A stretch of DNA of 64,000 nucleotides from an uncultured delta proteobacterium (GTDB lineage Bacteria > Myxococcota_A > Polyangia > Fen-1088), in NCBI GenBank assembly GCA_963737265.1, contig CAVTRY010000007.1, positions 448,001 to 512,000 on the forward strand. The letters run 5' to 3'. The notes beneath the pieces are model-generated. The model ran no database searches. It was not told the DNA's origin and saw only the letters and a list, made by a program, of their open reading frames with translations. Positions 49,076 to 60,700 of this stretch are shown here, piece by piece. The stretch's first letter is position 1; each line of letters opens with the position of its first letter. The translations under genes were made by a program, and so were the position numbers.

Positions 49076-49095
49076 CGCGCGATGAACAGATACTC
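48930..49095 (+). ncRNA. Predicted omegaRNA/reRNA (scaffold to 49075, guide from 49076)
   Basis: Known TnpB architecture: scaffold overlaps the tnpB 3' end and right end; 5' boundary approximate. Confidence 0.55.
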
Positions 49096-50199
49096 GCGAG
49101 CGGTGCGCCGGCGGGCCGCCTGGTGAGTGCCGAACGCATAGGTGTGGTCGATCACCCGCACCTCTACGTGCCGTTTGACCTCGCGCAGGAGCCCTTCGAT
49201 GGTCGCGGCGTCCGGCACGGCGTTGGAAGAGTACGAGAGCACGAGGGCGGCGTCGCCGAACTGCCTGACCAGGCGGCACAGGGCGTCGGTGACCGTGCGG
49301 GTGTAGGAGAACGGCGTGTAGCGCTTGGCCAGTTTCCGGGTGCGCGTGTGTTCCAGCAGTTCCTGGCCGCGCCAGTAGCCCGACAGCCCCTCCAGGAAGT
49401 GGTAGCGCTTGATGTAGCAGTTGTCGTCGCGCGGCGGCGCATAGGGCGGGTCCAGGTAAACCACGTCGTAGCCGCCCGTGGGCAGGTCGAACACGTCGAA
49501 TGAGGTGGCGGCGCAGGACCGGCCGCTGTCGAACACCACGCCGTTGTAGTCGGCGGCCCGTTCGGCGAAGTGTTCGCGCAGCGAAAGGCGCAGGTCACGG
49601 CGGCCGTCGTCGTAACGGTGGCCGGTCACGGTGAAGACGCCCCGGGGCTGGCGGCGGGCCGCGGACAGGACGAGCGCGGAGATGGCCAGTGCCTGCCGGT
49701 GCCCGCTCATCCGGTCGATATGGGACCACGCGGAGTCGAGGAAGCGCAGGTCGGCGCCCGTGAAGTAGATCCCGTCGAAGGTGCGCTGGATGAAGTCGCG
49801 GTCGTCGGCGGGCGGGCCGCAGATCTCGGCGATGTCGCCCGCCCCGAGCGTCACATCCTGGTTGACCACGCTGGCCTGCGCGATGACCGCGGGGAATGCG
49901 AGGAAGTCGTTGGCGGTGACCTGGTAACCGCAGGTTTTGAGCAGGTAGGACACCACGCCGCTGCCGGAGAAGGCATCGAGCGCGGTGGCACCGCCCAGTT
50001 CGGTGAACGCCCTCGCCAGGTGCGGGATCAACCGGTACTTGGAACCCATGTACCGCAGCCGTGGAAACAGGCCGGCCCGGCGCACCACCTCCGGCAGCCC
50101 GGGCACCCCGTCCGCGCCGGGCACCCCGTCCGCGCCGGGCACCCGGTCCGGGGACGGCACGGGCGGTGACTGCCCGATCTTGGTGGCCACGCAGGCCAT
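49072..50199 (-). CDS. N6-adenine DNA methyltransferase (D12 class)
   Basis: RYMGSK, DAFSGSG, YLDPPY; 18-bp repeat (PGADGV) at 50101-50150. Confidence 0.9.
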   Translation of the reverse strand: MACVATKIGQSPPVPSPDRVPGADGVPGADGVPGLPEVVRRAGLFPRLRYMGSKYRLIPHLARAFTELGGATALDAFSGSGVVSYLLKTCGYQVTANDFLAFPAVIAQASVVNQDVTLGAGDIAEICGPPADDRDFIQRTFDGIYFTGADLRFLDSAWSHIDRMSGHRQALAISALVLSAARRQPRGVFTVTGHRYDDGRRDLRLSLREHFAERAADYNGVVFDSGRSCAATSFDVFDLPTGGYDVVYLDPPYAPPRDDNCYIKRYHFLEGLSGYWRGQELLEHTRTRKLAKRYTPFSYTRTVTDALCRLVRQFGDAALVLSYSSNAVPDAATIEGLLREVKRHVEVRVIDHTYAFGTHQAARRRTAREYLFIAR

Positions 50200-50340
50200 C
50201 CTCGCACCGGCCGGGTCCTCCGGCGGGCGGGCTCGCGGTCAGCCCGGGTATGAGCGCACCGGGATCCCCCTGCGGACTAGACCGAGATCAGCCCCGGGGA
50301 TGACGATTTCGCCCCGGCTTAGGGCCTAACGTCGGGACCC

Positions 50341-51681
50341 ATGACGCCGCCACTGGCCCAGGTGCTGGACCACGCGAGCACCCCGGCCGCCACCGGAGAG
50401 CCCGGGCGCGGCCGCCCGGGCCGCGCTCCTGGCTGGCTTCCGCGCGGCGGCCGCGCCCGGGCGGCGGTCGCCGTGATCCGCCGGGAGTGGGTAGCCGGCA
50501 CGTTCGCCGTATCCGCCGCTTTCGCCCTCGTCACCGCACTGACCAGCGTCAACGCGCCGGAACGCGTGTGGGGCGCCTTCGCCGCGGCCAGTTATGCGGT
50601 CTCCGCCGTCACCGCAGGCGCGGTGCGCCGCCGGGGTGCCAGCCTCGCGGTGCTGATCAGCCTCGCCGGCGCTGTGGCTGCCCCGCTGGCCTGGATGGCC
50701 GTCACCGGCATGGCACAGCCAGAGGTCGCGGTGATCATCCGTTCCGCCGCGATGCTCGTGCACCAGGGCACGCCGTACGCGAGCCCGGCGGCACTCGCCG
50801 CGGCCCACAGCTGGCGCGCGTATGACCCTTACCTGCCCGCGCTGATCGTGTTCGGTGTGCCGCGGGTCCTCGCCGGCGGGCTGCTCAGCGACCCCCGGAT
50901 CTGGTTCGGCGTCGTGTTCGTGGCCACCTTCGGCGCCGCCGTCCGGATCGCGCGCGTGCCGCGGCCGGTGTGGTGGACGGTGCTGGTCACCGCCTCCCCG
51001 GTGGTCGCCCTGCCGCTCGCGGTCGGCGGCGACGACCTGCCGGTGCTCGGGCTGATATGCCTCGGCCTGGCGCTGGCCAGCCGGGGATCGCGCAGCCAGT
51101 GGCGGTGGGCGGCCGCGGCCGGGCTGGTACTTGGGCTGGCCGCGGCCATGAAGGCGACGGCCTGGCCCGCCGTGGCGGTGGTGGCCGTGCTGCTCATTGC
51201 CCGCCAGGGCTGGCGCGCCGTCACCTGGTTCGCCGCAGCGGTACTCGGCGTGGCCCTGGCCATCGACGGACCCGCCGTGGCCGCCCATCCCGCCGCCGCG
51301 CTGGCCAACACCGTGCTCTACCCGCTGGGTCTGGCCAAGGTCGCGAGCCCGGCCGCGAGCGTGCTGCCCGGTTACCTGCTCGCGAATACTGGACCCTTGG
51401 GCCACTGGACAGCGCTGGTGCTGATGGCGCTGGCCGCCGCGGGAGTCGGCGCCTGGATGATCGTCCGCCCGCCCAGGGACGCGCGTGGGGCGGCCTGGCG
51501 GCTGGCCCTCGGGCTGGCTCTGCTGTTCGTGCTGGCGCCCGCCAGCCGGGTCGGTTACTTCGTGTACCCGCTGGGCCTGGCCGCCTGGCTGCTGCCGTCC
51601 CGCTGGCCGGAACTGCCCGGTGAGCTGTCAGTCGATCCAGAACCGCAGCACAGGTGGCTCGCCGTCCAGGGTCATCACTGA
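50341..51681 (+). CDS. GT87-like membrane glycosyltransferase
   Basis: Polytopic; GTPY, YDPYLP, DPR, GGDDLP, AMKATAW. Confidence 0.75.
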   Translation: MTPPLAQVLDHASTPAATGEPGRGRPGRAPGWLPRGGRARAAVAVIRREWVAGTFAVSAAFALVTALTSVNAPERVWGAFAAASYAVSAVTAGAVRRRGASLAVLISLAGAVAAPLAWMAVTGMAQPEVAVIIRSAAMLVHQGTPYASPAALAAAHSWRAYDPYLPALIVFGVPRVLAGGLLSDPRIWFGVVFVATFGAAVRIARVPRPVWWTVLVTASPVVALPLAVGGDDLPVLGLICLGLALASRGSRSQWRWAAAAGLVLGLAAAMKATAWPAVAVVAVLLIARQGWRAVTWFAAAVLGVALAIDGPAVAAHPAAALANTVLYPLGLAKVASPAASVLPGYLLANTGPLGHWTALVLMALAAAGVGAWMIVRPPRDARGAAWRLALGLALLFVLAPASRVGYFVYPLGLAAWLLPSRWPELPGELSVDPEPQHRWLAVQGHH

Positions 51682-51774
51682 ATCCAGCACCCCGCCGCAC
51701 GACTCGATCACGGTCCGCGAGCCGACGTTGTCCTGGTCACAGGTCACCAGCACCCGGCCGACTCCGGCCGCCCG
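51628..51774 (-). pseudogene. GNAT acetyltransferase C-terminal remnant
   Basis: RAAGVGRVLVTCDQDNVGSRTVIESCGG..RFWID. Confidence 0.75.
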
Positions 51775-51934
51775 CCCTGCCGTGACCACGGTAAGCCAGC
51801 CGCTCAGGGACCTCGGCCGCAAGGCGGCCGCCCGGCTGCGCGCCCGCATCGAAGACCGGGGGCTACTGCCGCGGGCGGAAATCCTGTCCACCCACCTCGT
51901 GATCCGGGCCAGCTGCGGCTGCCCGCAGAGGTGA
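51773..51934 (+). pseudogene. LacI family regulator C-terminal remnant
   Basis: RPAVTTVSQPLRDLGRKAA..LSTHLVIRASCGC. Confidence 0.8.
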
Positions 51935-51985
51935 TCGATACAGGTCTGCGAAAGGTGATCCACCCCGCCCCGAAAGGAGAACACC

Positions 51986-53509
51986 ATGCGCAGTACCCCC
52001 CGCTCACTGCCGAGTCTCCGCACCGCCCGGCGTGCCCGCATCGGCCTCACGATGCTGGTCGCCGCCGCGCTCGCCGTCTTAGTAACGGTCGTCCCTGCCG
52101 CGTGGCGCGCCTCGGCGAGCACCGTGCCACCGGCGCCGCCGGGCTGGTCCACGGTATTCAGCGACGGCTTCTCCGGTGCGGCAGGCTCGCGCGTGGACTC
52201 GCAGTGGACCTACGACACCGGCACCCAGTACAACGGCAGCGGATGTGCCGCCAACTGGGGCACCGGGGAGGTCGAGAGCAACACGAACTCGACCGCGAAC
52301 GTATCCCTGGACGGCAGCGGCCACCTGAACCTCACCCCGGTGAAGTCCGGCGGAAGCTGGACCTCGGGGCGGATCGAGACGGTCGCCGACAACTTCGCCG
52401 CACCCGCCGGCGGCGAGCTTGAGGTCAGCGCATCGATCAGGCAGCCCAATCCGGCCAGCGGCCTCGGTTACTGGCCGGCGTTCTGGATGCTGGGCGCCGG
52501 GTTCCGGGCCAGCGGCGCCGGCACATCCGGGACGATGACCTGCTCCAACTGGCCGTCCACGGGCGAGATCGACGTCATGGAGGACGTCAACGCGCTGTCG
52601 GAGCACTCCGGGACCCTGCACTGCGGCACCGATCCCGGTGGCCCCTGCAACGAGACCACCGGCCTTGGCAGTGGCCTGCAATCCTGCTCCGGCTGCCAGA
52701 CCGGCTACAACACCTACTCCGTCATCATCAACAGGACCAACACAAGCAACGAGTCGATCACCTGGTATCTCAACGGGAACGCCTACTTCACCGCGACCGA
52801 GAGCCAGGTCGGGACGGCCACCTGGCAAGCAGCGGTGGATCACGGGTTCTTCCTGATCCTCGACCTGGCGATCGGCGGCGGCTACCCGAACGGCGTCTGC
52901 GGGTGCACCTCGCCCTCGGCGTCGACCAGTTCCGGGGCGGCGATGAGCGCCGGGTATGTCGCGGTCTACCAGACCAGCGGCGGCAGCCCTTCGCCCAGCC
53001 CCACGCCGACGCATACCCCGACACCCACGCCGACGCCCACCCCGAGCCCGACGCCGACCGGCAGGCAGTGCACCACGACCGCGACCGCCGACATCTCCGC
53101 CGACTGCTACTCGGGCTCTCAGGGTTCCATCTCGGTGACCGCGGCGACCGGGGACACCAATCCATCGGGCGTCGACGGCAACCAGGTGGCACAGCTTGCC
53201 AGCGGTGACTACCTGGAATATCCGGGGATCAACTTCGGCACCGGCTCCAGCCAGTTCGACGCACGGGTGGCCTCCGGCGCGGCGGGCGGCGTGAGCGGCC
53301 TGGTGGAGGTGGTGCTCGACAATCCGTCGAACGCGCCGGTCGGGAGCTTCGCGGTGGCCAACACCGGCGGCTGGTCCTCCTGGCGCACCGTCCCGGCGAA
53401 CATCACGAAGGTCACCGGAACCCATACCGTGTACCTGGAGTTCTCGTCGGGCGCCTCCGGTGACCCGCCGTACGTGAGCCTCCACTACTTCAATTTCCCG
53501 GTTTCCTGA
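51986..53509 (+). CDS. Secreted GH16 glycoside hydrolase (beta-1,3-glucanase-like) with Pro/Thr linker and CBM6
   Basis: Signal peptide, WTSGRIET, WPAFWMLG, EIDVME, PTPTP linker, NTGGWSSW. Confidence 0.92.
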   Translation: MRSTPRSLPSLRTARRARIGLTMLVAAALAVLVTVVPAAWRASASTVPPAPPGWSTVFSDGFSGAAGSRVDSQWTYDTGTQYNGSGCAANWGTGEVESNTNSTANVSLDGSGHLNLTPVKSGGSWTSGRIETVADNFAAPAGGELEVSASIRQPNPASGLGYWPAFWMLGAGFRASGAGTSGTMTCSNWPSTGEIDVMEDVNALSEHSGTLHCGTDPGGPCNETTGLGSGLQSCSGCQTGYNTYSVIINRTNTSNESITWYLNGNAYFTATESQVGTATWQAAVDHGFFLILDLAIGGGYPNGVCGCTSPSASTSSGAAMSAGYVAVYQTSGGSPSPSPTPTHTPTPTPTPTPSPTPTGRQCTTTATADISADCYSGSQGSISVTAATGDTNPSGVDGNQVAQLASGDYLEYPGINFGTGSSQFDARVASGAAGGVSGLVEVVLDNPSNAPVGSFAVANTGGWSSWRTVPANITKVTGTHTVYLEFSSGASGDPPYVSLHYFNFPVS

Positions 53510-53572
53510 CCGGTGCCGCGGGCCGGGCCGAACCCCCGCTCCCGGCCCGGTCCGCAGCACCCAGGAGGAGCC

Positions 53573-53866
53573 ATGCTTGTCGCGTTCTCGGTCACACCGC
53601 TTGGCGTGGGAGACGCTGTCGGCGAGTACGTCGCGGACGCGGTGCGCGTGGTCAGGGACAGCGGGCTGCCCAACCACACCGACGCGATGTTCACCACGGT
53701 CGAGGGCGACTGGCACGAGGTGATGGCCGTGGTCAAACAGGCCATCGACGCGGTCGCCGCGAAGGCGCCCCGGGTCAGCGTGGTGCTCAAGGCCGACATC
53801 CGCCCCGGCGCGACCGGAGCGCTCACCGCCAAGATGGAGAGCCTGGAGCGCCACCTGGCCGGCTGA
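53573..53866 (+). CDS. MTH1187/YkoF family thiamine-binding protein
   Basis: [25 protein letters not shown]; AGGAGG RBS. Confidence 0.88.
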   Translation: MLVAFSVTPLGVGDAVGEYVADAVRVVRDSGLPNHTDAMFTTVEGDWHEVMAVVKQAIDAVAAKAPRVSVVLKADIRPGATGALTAKMESLERHLAG

Positions 53867-53905
53867 CGGCGCCACGTTCCCCGGCCTGTGCCCGGCAGGG
53901 ACGCG

Positions 53906-56900
53906 TCAGCGCTCCTGGCCTGCCAGCGGGACCTCCTCGATGAGGGCGGCCAGCCCGGCCTCATCGAGGAGGTCCGCAGGCCGCAGCGTCTGGTCGTGCC
54001 GCACGTAGTAGAACGCCGCCCGTACCTGGTCAAGCGGCACCCCGGCCAGGGTTGCCCAGGCCACCCGGTAGGCGGCGAGCTGGACGGATGCCGCGCGCAG
54101 GTCGGCGGCCGAGTTCGGCGGCTGCCCGGTCTTCCAGTCGACCACGTCGTATCCGCCACTGACCGGGTCGGCGAACACGGCGTCGATCCGGCCGCGGACC
54201 GTGCGGCCCGCGACCAGCGTCTCGAACGGCACCTCCACGTCCACCGGCCACCGGTCGCCCCACTCTCCCGCCTCGAACTGCTCCCTGAGCAAGGCGAGGT
54301 CGGCGTCGTCGGGATCGTCGGCCGGATCGTCGGCCGCTCCCAGCAGGTCGGTGGGGTCGATCAGCCGCTGCTGCCCGAACCGCTGCTCCAGCCAGCGGTG
54401 GAAGGCGGTGCCCCGCCGGGCCTGCGGCACCGGCGGGCGGGGCATCGGGCGGCGGATCTGCTGGGCCAGCCTGTCCGGGTCGGCCGCCATTGTGACCAGC
54501 GAGGACACCGACAGCTGCGCCGGGAGCGCGCACCGCCGCCCCGGCACCGGCGCGCCGCTGCGAAAGCTCTCTCAGCAGCAGGCCTGCGTCCCGGGACCAG
54601 GCGCGGGCGAGCGCCCGGTCCGCCTCGCTCAGCTCGCCGCCGCCGTCCGGCTCCTCCTCATCCGGCTCCTCCAGCACGGCAATCTCGTGCTCGACCAGCG
54701 CGGCCGCCTCCCGCACGGCCGCATGCCGTGGCCCCTCCGCGGCCGGCGGCCACGATACGACGGCGGGCTCGGCCAGCGCCGGGTTCTGCGCGCCGTCTTC
54801 CGGCGGCGGTGCCCAGTGCGCCACGGTGCCCGGGCCTTCGGCGCACGCGGCGCGGACCTCCTCCAGGAACAGCGACGGGCCCAGCGGCGACGCGGCCTCG
54901 CCCCACCAGTAGCCGGAGCAGGCGACCCAGTACGCGGCCCGGGTCACCGCCACGTAGGCGAGCCGCCGCTCCTCGGCCAGCTCACGCGCTGAGCAGGCGC
55001 CGGTGAACTTCTCCCGCGACGCCTCCTCCAGGTCCCGCAGCACCGGCAGGTCTTCTGCATCGCCGCGCAGGCCGAACGGCAGCAGCCGGGGGTTCTCGGT
55101 CCACCGCGTGGTGACCCGCGGCTTCGCGGGGAACACCGAGGCCCGCGGGCCGGCCGCCAGGCCCGGCACCACCACGGCGGCCCATTGCAGGCCCTTGGCG
55201 GCGTGCACGGTGGTAAGCGTGACCGCGTTGGCCCCGCTCGGCTGGCCGGACTCCAGGCCGAACTCCTCCGCCTCCGCCGCGGTCAGGTAGGCGAGGAATG
55301 CGCCGAGCGTGGGCTCCTCCTCGTCGTCGGCGAAGGCGGCCGCCGCATCGGCGAACGCGTCCAGGTCGGCGCGGGCGACGGCCGGATCCCGCCACGGTTG
55401 CGCCGCAACCTCGATGTCCAGGCCCAGCGTCCGCTCGACCTCCCCGACCAGGTCCGGCAGCGGCCAGGCTGAATGCACGCGCAGCGCCCGCAACTCAGCG
55501 GCCAGCGCGGCGAACCGCTGGTAGCCCCGTGCCGAGTAGCCGCCCCGGTTCCCCAGGTCTTCCAGCGCCTCCGCCATGCTCCCGGGCAGCGCGGTCAGAT
55601 CCGTGACCGCTTGCGCCAGCGCATCATTGTCGTGCGCTACGCCGCTGCCCGCATCCCCTGCCCCCGCCGCGTCACCGCCGCCGTGGCTGTCCTGGAGACC
55701 GGCTGCGCCAGGGCCGGCCTGGCTGCCCCCGGGCGCGCGTTCCCCGGGGCGGTGCGCCCCCGGGCCGGCCGGGTCGTGGGGCTCGCGGGCCAGTTCCCTG
55801 GCACGCCTGCCCAGGGCGACCAGGTCGCGGGGCCCGATCCGCCACCGTGGCCCGGTGAGCAGCCGGGCGAGCGCGGCGGACTCCGCCGGATCGTGCAGCA
55901 CCCGCAGGGTGGCCACGATGTCGGCGACCTCGGGGACGGTGAGCAGCCCGCCGAGACCGACCACCTCGACCGGAACCCCCTGCGCCTCGATCGCCGCCCG
56001 CAGCAGGGCGAACTGGGAGCGCTTGCGGCAGAGCACAGCGATGTCGGAGGGCTGGACGCCAGGCAGGTCCCAGGGCTCGCCGTCGGGTGCGATGCCGGCC
56101 GGCAGCCGGAGCAGCCCCGCGACCTGCTCGCCCACCCAGCGCGCCTCGGCGGTGGCGGTTTCGAGCAGCGCGCAGACCACGGCGCCGCGGCCGGCCCGCC
56201 CCGGCGGTGCCACCAGCCGGGGCACCTGGGACACCTGGTCCCGCAGCTCGCGCTGGATCACCGCGGCGACATCAAGCACCTTGCCGGTGTTGCGGAAGCT
56301 GGTGGCGAGCTGGGCGACCCTGGCCGGGTGCGCACCCGCAGCGAACTCCCGGGCGAACCGGGCCAGGTTGCCCGCGCTGGCCCCGCGCCAGCCGTAGATC
56401 GACTGGCAGGGGTCGCCCACGGCGGTCACCGGGTGCCCGCCGCCGAACAGCGCACGCAGCAGGACGAGCTGGGCGTGGCTGGTGTCCTGGAACTCGTCGA
56501 GCAGCACCACCTGGTACCGGGCGCGCTCGATCGCGCCCACCTCGCGGTGCCTGGTCGCTATCCGGGCGGCCAGCGTCACCTGGTCGCCGTAGTCGATGAC
56601 CTCCCTGGCCCTCTTGGCCGCGGCATAGCCGGACACCAGCGGCAGCAACTGCTCCCGGGTGCGCTGGCAGTCCAGGATCTTGCGGACGCCGCTGGGCAGC
56701 CGGGGCAGCGCCCGGGACGCCGCCTCCAGCCAGTCGCCGATCTGGTTGATGTCGGCGGGGTTGGCCAGGTGCTCGGCAAGCTCCCCGGCGAGGTCAAGCA
56801 CCGCGGCGGTGACCGACTGCGGGGCCCAGTGAACCGCGTCCATCGGCCCGGCGTAGGCGGCCACCACCCGGGCTGCCAGCTGCCACGCCACGGCGGGGGT

Positions 56901-57704
56901 GATCAGGCGCACGGTGGGTTCCAGGGCTTCGCGTAGCGCATGGTCGGCGACGAGCCGGGCGGCGTAGGAGTGATAGGTGGACACGATGGGCTCGCCGTCG
57001 AGCAGGTCGTCACCGGGAAGCTCACCGGCCGCGAGCCCGCCTGCGGCGCCGCCGGGCAGATCGGCCGGCACTCGGCCATCCAGGGCGCCGAGCACGGCCG
57101 CACTGGCCAGGTCGGCCCCCGCGCGGCTGCCCAGCCGCCCGCTCGCAGGGCCGCCACCCAGCTCGTGCGGGCTGCCCAGCCGCCCGTCGGCAGGGCCGCC
57201 GCCAAGCTCGCGCGGGCTGCCCAGCAAGCCACCCGCTAGTCCGCGGTCCGCGAGCCCGCCGCCAGCGAGTCCACCGCCCGCGGCGGCAAACGAGCCGTCC
57301 GGCAGCAAGCCGCCCGCGCCGCCCGCCCAGAGACCGCCGGGCATCGGAGCGCCGTCAGGGGCGCCCGCCCCAGGGCCGCCTGGTAGGCCAGCCGGATCGC
57401 CGCCCGTGACGTCCAGGCCCACCCGGCGCAGGCCCGCGAGGCGGGTGCGCACCCGCTGCCCAAGCTCGGCGGCTGCCTTGCGGGTGAAGGTGAGGCCCAG
57501 GACCCGTTCCGGCCGGACCATGCCGTTGGCGACCAGCCAGACCAGCCGGGCGGCCATCGTCTCGCTCTTGCCAGACCCGGCCCCGGCGATGACCGCGAGC
57601 GGCTCCAGCGGCGCGGCGATCACCTCGGCCTGCTCCGCGGTGGGCTCGGGCAGCCCGAGCAGCCGGGCCAGCTGCCCGGGCTCGTAGCGAATGGGCTGAT
57701 TCAC
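53906..57704 (-). CDS. adnB: ATP-dependent helicase-nuclease AdnB (frameshift near 54550)
   Basis: AGAGSGKS, LTFTRKAA, LDEFQDT, VGDPCQSIY, TVHAAKGLQW, YVAVTRA; nuclease GRIDAVF..VDWKTG. Confidence 0.9.
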
Positions 57705-60700
57705 CGGGTCACCTGCTCGCCGTCGGGATGCACGGGGCAGCAGGACCTGACCGGGCAGTTCCGGCAGCCCGGGTTCACCCGCGCCTCGAACAGCGGGCCG
57801 GCCATGCCCGCCGCTACGGTCTCGACCAGGTCCCGCGCCCAGTCCGGTTCCGGATCGCCGGTCAGCGCCTGCTGCGGCTGCACCCGGACCCGGGCAGACA
57901 AGCTCGCGTTGCCCACCTGGATCAGCTCCGCGCCGCCCGGCTCGGTCAGGCCGAATCGCTCGAATGCCCCGAGCAGCACGGCGAGCTGGTACACGCCGAG
58001 CTGGGGGTGCCGGTCCAGGTCCGTGGACGGCACCGGAGTGGAGCCGGTCTTCAGGTCCACGACGATGGCCCGGCCGTCGGGGTCCCGCTCCAGCCGGTCC
58101 ACCCGCCCGGTGATCTCCACAGCGCCGATCTGGGCCCGCAGCTTCTGCTCGACCGCGACCAGTTCCCTCGGGTTGTCCCGGTGCCAGGCGAGGAACTTGT
58201 TCACCATGACCCTGGCCCGCTCCCGCTCCTTGTCGCTGTACCAGGGGCTGCCGAAGTCCAGGTGATGCCAGATCTCGTCGATCCGCTCACTGATCATGGC
58301 CTCGTCGGCACCGGTGGCGGCGAGCACGGCGGCCGCATGGATGAGGATCCCGAAGTGCCGGATCACGTCCGAGGACCCGGCGCCCGCGGCGACCTCGAGC
58401 AGCCAGCGCAGCCCGCACCGGTGGAACGACTCAACCTGGGACGGCGACAGCCGGACGAGCAGGCCGTCCGCCGCGGCCGGGATCGGCCCGGGATCGGACA
58501 GCTCGGTGAGCTGGTACCACTGCCCCGGGTGGGCGCCGCGGACACCGGCAGCGGCGAGCCGGGCGAGCTGGGCCGCGGCGGCCCGGCGCAGTGCGGGCGG
58601 GCGGTCCGGGTCGGCCGCGGCCCGGCGCAGGTCGGCGGTCAGTGCGGGCAGCGACAGCCACCGTGGCGCGGCCCCGGCGACGTCCTCGATCTCGATCTCG
58701 TCACCAGCCAGCTCGGCCAGGAACCGGGACGGCCGTTCCTGGCTGTCGTCGCTGCCCGATGCGGTGACCACAAGCCGGCGGCGGGCGCGGGTGACCGCCA
58801 CGTAGAACAGACGGCGCTCCTCGTTGAGCAGCTTGGCCGCCAGCGCCGCGGCCATTGTGTCGGTGCCGGTGCCCGGCACAAGCACGCCCGCAGCCGCGTC
58901 CATGAGCTCGTCCATGCCGAGCAGCGAGGAGCGCATCCGCAGGTCCGGCCAGATGCCCTCCTGGACCCCCGCCACCACGACGACATCCCACTCCAGGCCC
59001 TTGGCCCGGTGCGCGGTCAGGATCCGGACGGCATCGCCCTCCGGGGCGTGGTCCGCGAGGGTGTCTCCCGGGATCTCCTGGCCGGACATGCTGTCCAGGA
59101 AAAGCGAGGCCGAGCCCGGCGGCAGCCGCACGGCGAACCTGGCCGCGGCATCGAACAGCGCACACACCGCGTCGAGGTCACGGTCGGCCGCGGCACCGCG
59201 GGATCCGCCCGCGGCCGACACCGCCTGCCACGCGGAAGCCACGCCCGACGCGTCCCACACCGCCCAGAGCACGTCGTGCGCGTTGCCGTCGCCGGCGGTC
59301 TGCCGCGCCAGCGCCAGCAGATCGGCCACCCGGCGCGCGGCGTCCGCGGCGGGCGCGCGGATCAGGGTCAGTTCGCGCGGGTCCTCCAGAACGGCGGCCA
59401 GCGGCTGTGGCGGGCTGTCCTCGCCGGCGTCCCGTGCCGCCGCCCGGAGCGCCCGCCGGAGCCGGCGCAGGCCCAGGGCGTCGGTGCCGCCGAGCGGCCC
59501 GGCGAGCAGCTCGATCGCCGCTTCCTCGTCGAGAGTCTCCGGGTGCAGCGCGCAGCGCAGCAGCAGGAGCAGCGGGCGCACGCCGGGCTCGGCCTCCAGC
59601 GGCAGCTCGTCGCCAGCGATCACCGAGGGCACTCCGGTCGCGGCGAGTGCCCTGCGCAGCAGCGGCACCTGGCCGATCACCGATCTGACCAGGACCGCCA
59701 TGGACGACCAGGGCACCCCGTCGTGCAGGTGTGCCCGGCGGAGCGCATCGGCCACCACGGTGGCTTCCTGGCTGGCGCTGGAGGCGACCACGACCCGGAG
59801 CTCGCCGGGTGGCACGGACGGCACCGGCCGCAGATCGCGATGGCCGCCCGGTGGCTGGCTGCCCCGAGGCTGGCCGCCGGACGGCTGGCCGCCGGACGGC
59901 TGGCCGCCGGACGGCTGGCTGGCAGGGGACTGACGACCAGGGGACTGGCCGTCGTCAGGCCCGCGGTCACGCCGGCCGCTGGCTGCCCGGCTGGGCGGCG
60001 CCACGGCGGGCGGAGCCGGGAGCCTGGCCGCGATCCGGCGGGACGCGGCGAGCAGGACGGGGCCGCTGCGCCGGCAGGTGCCCAGGGCGACCACCCGGGC
60101 GGGCCGGTCGTCCGGCGCGCGGAACCGGTCGGGGAACCGCATGATCGCGCTGACGTCGGCACCGCGGAACGCGTAGATCGCCTGGTCCGGGTCCCCGACC
60201 ACGATCAGTTCCCGGCCGTCGCCGGCCAGGGCGTGCAGCAGCGCCTCCTGGGCCGGGTCGGTGTCCTGGTATTCGTCGACCAGGACCACGTCGTAGGCTT
60301 TCCGCTCCCGCTCGCGGACCGCACCGCGGGACAGCAGCGCCGCAGCGATCCTGATGATCTCGGCGTAGTCGTAGGCGGGCACCGGCGCCAGGTCGAATCT
60401 CGCGTCGTAGCGGGCGAGGAAGGCGCCCGCGGCGACCCAGTCATCCCGGTCCCGCTGCCGGCCCAGCCGGGCCAGCCCGCGCCCGTCGAACCCGCGTTCT
60501 GCGCCGCGCAGCAGGAAGTCCCGCAGCTCTGCGGCGAAGCCGCGGGTGCCCAGCGCCGGCCGCAGCCGTTCCGGCCAGCGGATGCCACCGTCCTCGGCCT
60601 CACCGCGCAGCAGCCGCCGCACCTCCAGCAACTGCTCCGGGCCAGGGAGCAGGGTCGGGGGCTCATCGCCGGCCAGCGTGAACTCGCGGCGCACCAGCGC

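Noticed and set aside
57000-57420. Intein in AdnB
   Set aside because: No Cys/Ser start, no His-Asn end and no splicing motifs; the insert is low-complexity
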